A stretch of 20,000 bases of DNA from Halocafeteria seosinensis (lineage: Eukaryota). Each line of letters starts with the position of its first letter. The first letter of the stretch is position 1. A program made the position numbers and the translations under genes. The notes below the pieces were generated by a model, which did not search any database, was not told the origin of the DNA, and saw nothing but the letters and a program-made list of their open reading frames with translations. The stretch lies in the NCBI GenBank assembly GCA_001687465.1, contig LVLI01000517.1, forward strand, positions 44,607 to 64,606, read 5' to 3'. This document shows positions 18,743-20,000 of the stretch, piece after piece.

Positions 18743-20000
18743 ATGGCACGACCCATAAAGCGCCTATCATCTTGGTTCATCTTGCAGTGGACGCTGACGT
18801 TGATAGGGGTTGTCTTCATTGCTTTTCGTCCTCTCTTGATATCCGACAATGAGCACAAGCAACTGGACGATCCCGTCCCCAACTCCAGCTCCAAACCCAG
18901 TGAGCCATGCCTAGTGCATCGCGTATTCTTTTCTCAGTGTGATACTCCACTGGTGTATGAATCTCAGGAGAGGGGGCGACGCTTTGCCTGCTCTGCTCGT
19001 ATCGTGCCGTCGTTTTGTTCGGTTGGTAGACACCATGTCCATTGCCCAGTTCAGTTTGGCTCGTTGTTACGAGGAAAAAAACGACAACGCATGGAACCTT
19101 GTGACAACTGCATACTTGGAAATACGGGAAGAAGAATGGATTCCCTAGATATAACACTCCTGAAAGATCCTGTTTCAATGAAGGATCTTGCAGCGATGAA
19201 CGTCGTACGGGAGAAGTTCGTGGGATTCTTCGGTCACTTGTTGCTAACGTGCGAAACGAACATACCGGGGCTCCTCGAAGTGAAGGATGACTTTTATCCA
19301 AGGTTTCATTGGACAACGACCGACTCTGTTCGTTGGTTAGACAAGCTGGTTTATAACGGACGAGCAGATACTGCTTTTACGACTGCCAACACTATAGCGA
19401 ATGCTGTGGATCGACTCCGTAGTGTCCGACAGATATTTCCCTTCTCTGAACACATAGCGCAGATTGGATTCCACGCGGTAACTGTCCCGAAGGAGAAATT
19501 ACTGCTTGTTTTATTCAGCCTGCTGATCGCATCAGTCCAGCTTTTATCATTGAGTTGGAAGTTTACGAGGTTGGCAACTCCAGAAGATGAAGGCTTTTCG
19601 GCAGCTCCCAGCAACACGTTGGGAAGGACTTCTCCCTTGAAATATCAATTTCCAATGGAGAGACTGATGCGGCCAGCCCCTACGATGAGAACGAAACGGA
19701 TAGCACGTCGAACAGATTTAAAAACGTATGTCTCTTGCGCACTGCACAGTAGGAGCATCTCGTTACAAACGACGTTTATGTTGGCGGCATTGTGCTTCCT
19801 TTCGAACGAGGCAGCAGCAACAGATTTACGACCCAGAATTGTAAATGGAACCGAATCCTGCTTTCATTATAACGCGGCTCAACACCAGTTTGAAATGGAT
19901 TGTAGTGTGTTGGCATGGGGTGATCAAGGCTATACGAATCAAGATTACATCTCGTTGGATGCGAATGAGATATTCGATGGTGGTCGAGAAAATGGGCACG
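18743..20000 (+). CDS. 3'-partial paralog of the GLUG-like repeat protein at 3900..6893 (>419 codons, no stop in window)
   Basis: ACCATGG start after an in-frame TAA at 18722. The open frame reads MARPIKRLSSWFILQWTLTLIGVVFI...MEPCDNCILGNTGRR...LLVLFSLLIAS...ESCFHYNAAQHQFEMDCSVLAWGDQGYTNQDYISLDANEIFDGGRENGH, collinear with copy 1 (MESCEYCILGNTGRR...ESCFNYNLDENQFEMNCSVLTWGDHGYTNQDFISLDANEIFDGGRQNGH). Confidence 0.88.
   Translation, partial: MARPIKRLSSWFILQWTLTLIGVVFIAFRPLLISDNEHKQLDDPVPNSSSKPSEPCLVHRVFFSQCDTPLVYESQERGRRFACSARIVPSFCSVGRHHVHCPVQFGSLLRGKKRQRMEPCDNCILGNTGRRMDSLDITLLKDPVSMKDLAAMNVVREKFVGFFGHLLLTCETNIPGLLEVKDDFYPRFHWTTTDSVRWLDKLVYNGRADTAFTTANTIANAVDRLRSVRQIFPFSEHIAQIGFHAVTVPKEKLLLVLFSLLIASVQLLSLSWKFTRLATPEDEGFSAAPSNTLGRTSPLKYQFPMERLMRPAPTMRTKRIARRTDLKTYVSCALHSRSISLQTTFMLAALCFLSNEAAATDLRPRIVNGTESCFHYNAAQHQFEMDCSVLAWGDQGYTNQDYISLDANEIFDGGRENGH

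Overview
Eukaryotic (protist-like) genomic DNA with a compact layout and short (~69-70 bp) GT-AG introns. It holds five gene-like units. (1) A minus-strand gene with a low-complexity N-terminus and degenerate EF-hand-like segments runs off the left edge; its long second exon is missing from the ORF track. (2) A spliced gene (3900-6893) encodes a probable secreted or surface protein with seven GLUG-like glycine-rich repeats and a Ser/Thr tail. (3) A ~2816-aa two-exon gene (8277-16797) has a TEP1-like DUF4062-NACHT-WD40 core, no TROVE domain, and an added C-terminal SLOG (LSDAT-like) domain. (4) A U-box remnant carries in-frame stops. (5) A diverged paralog of gene 2 runs off the right edge and is also missing from the ORF track. 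The most interesting candidate is gene 3, which places a TIR-like domain, a STAND NTPase, a sensor propeller and a nucleotide-binding SLOG domain in one chain. Comparing the two GLUG paralogs also reveals a templated 57-bp in-frame insertion and an intron whose counterpart in the paralog is open reading frame. All domain calls come from motif recognition by eye, not database searches.
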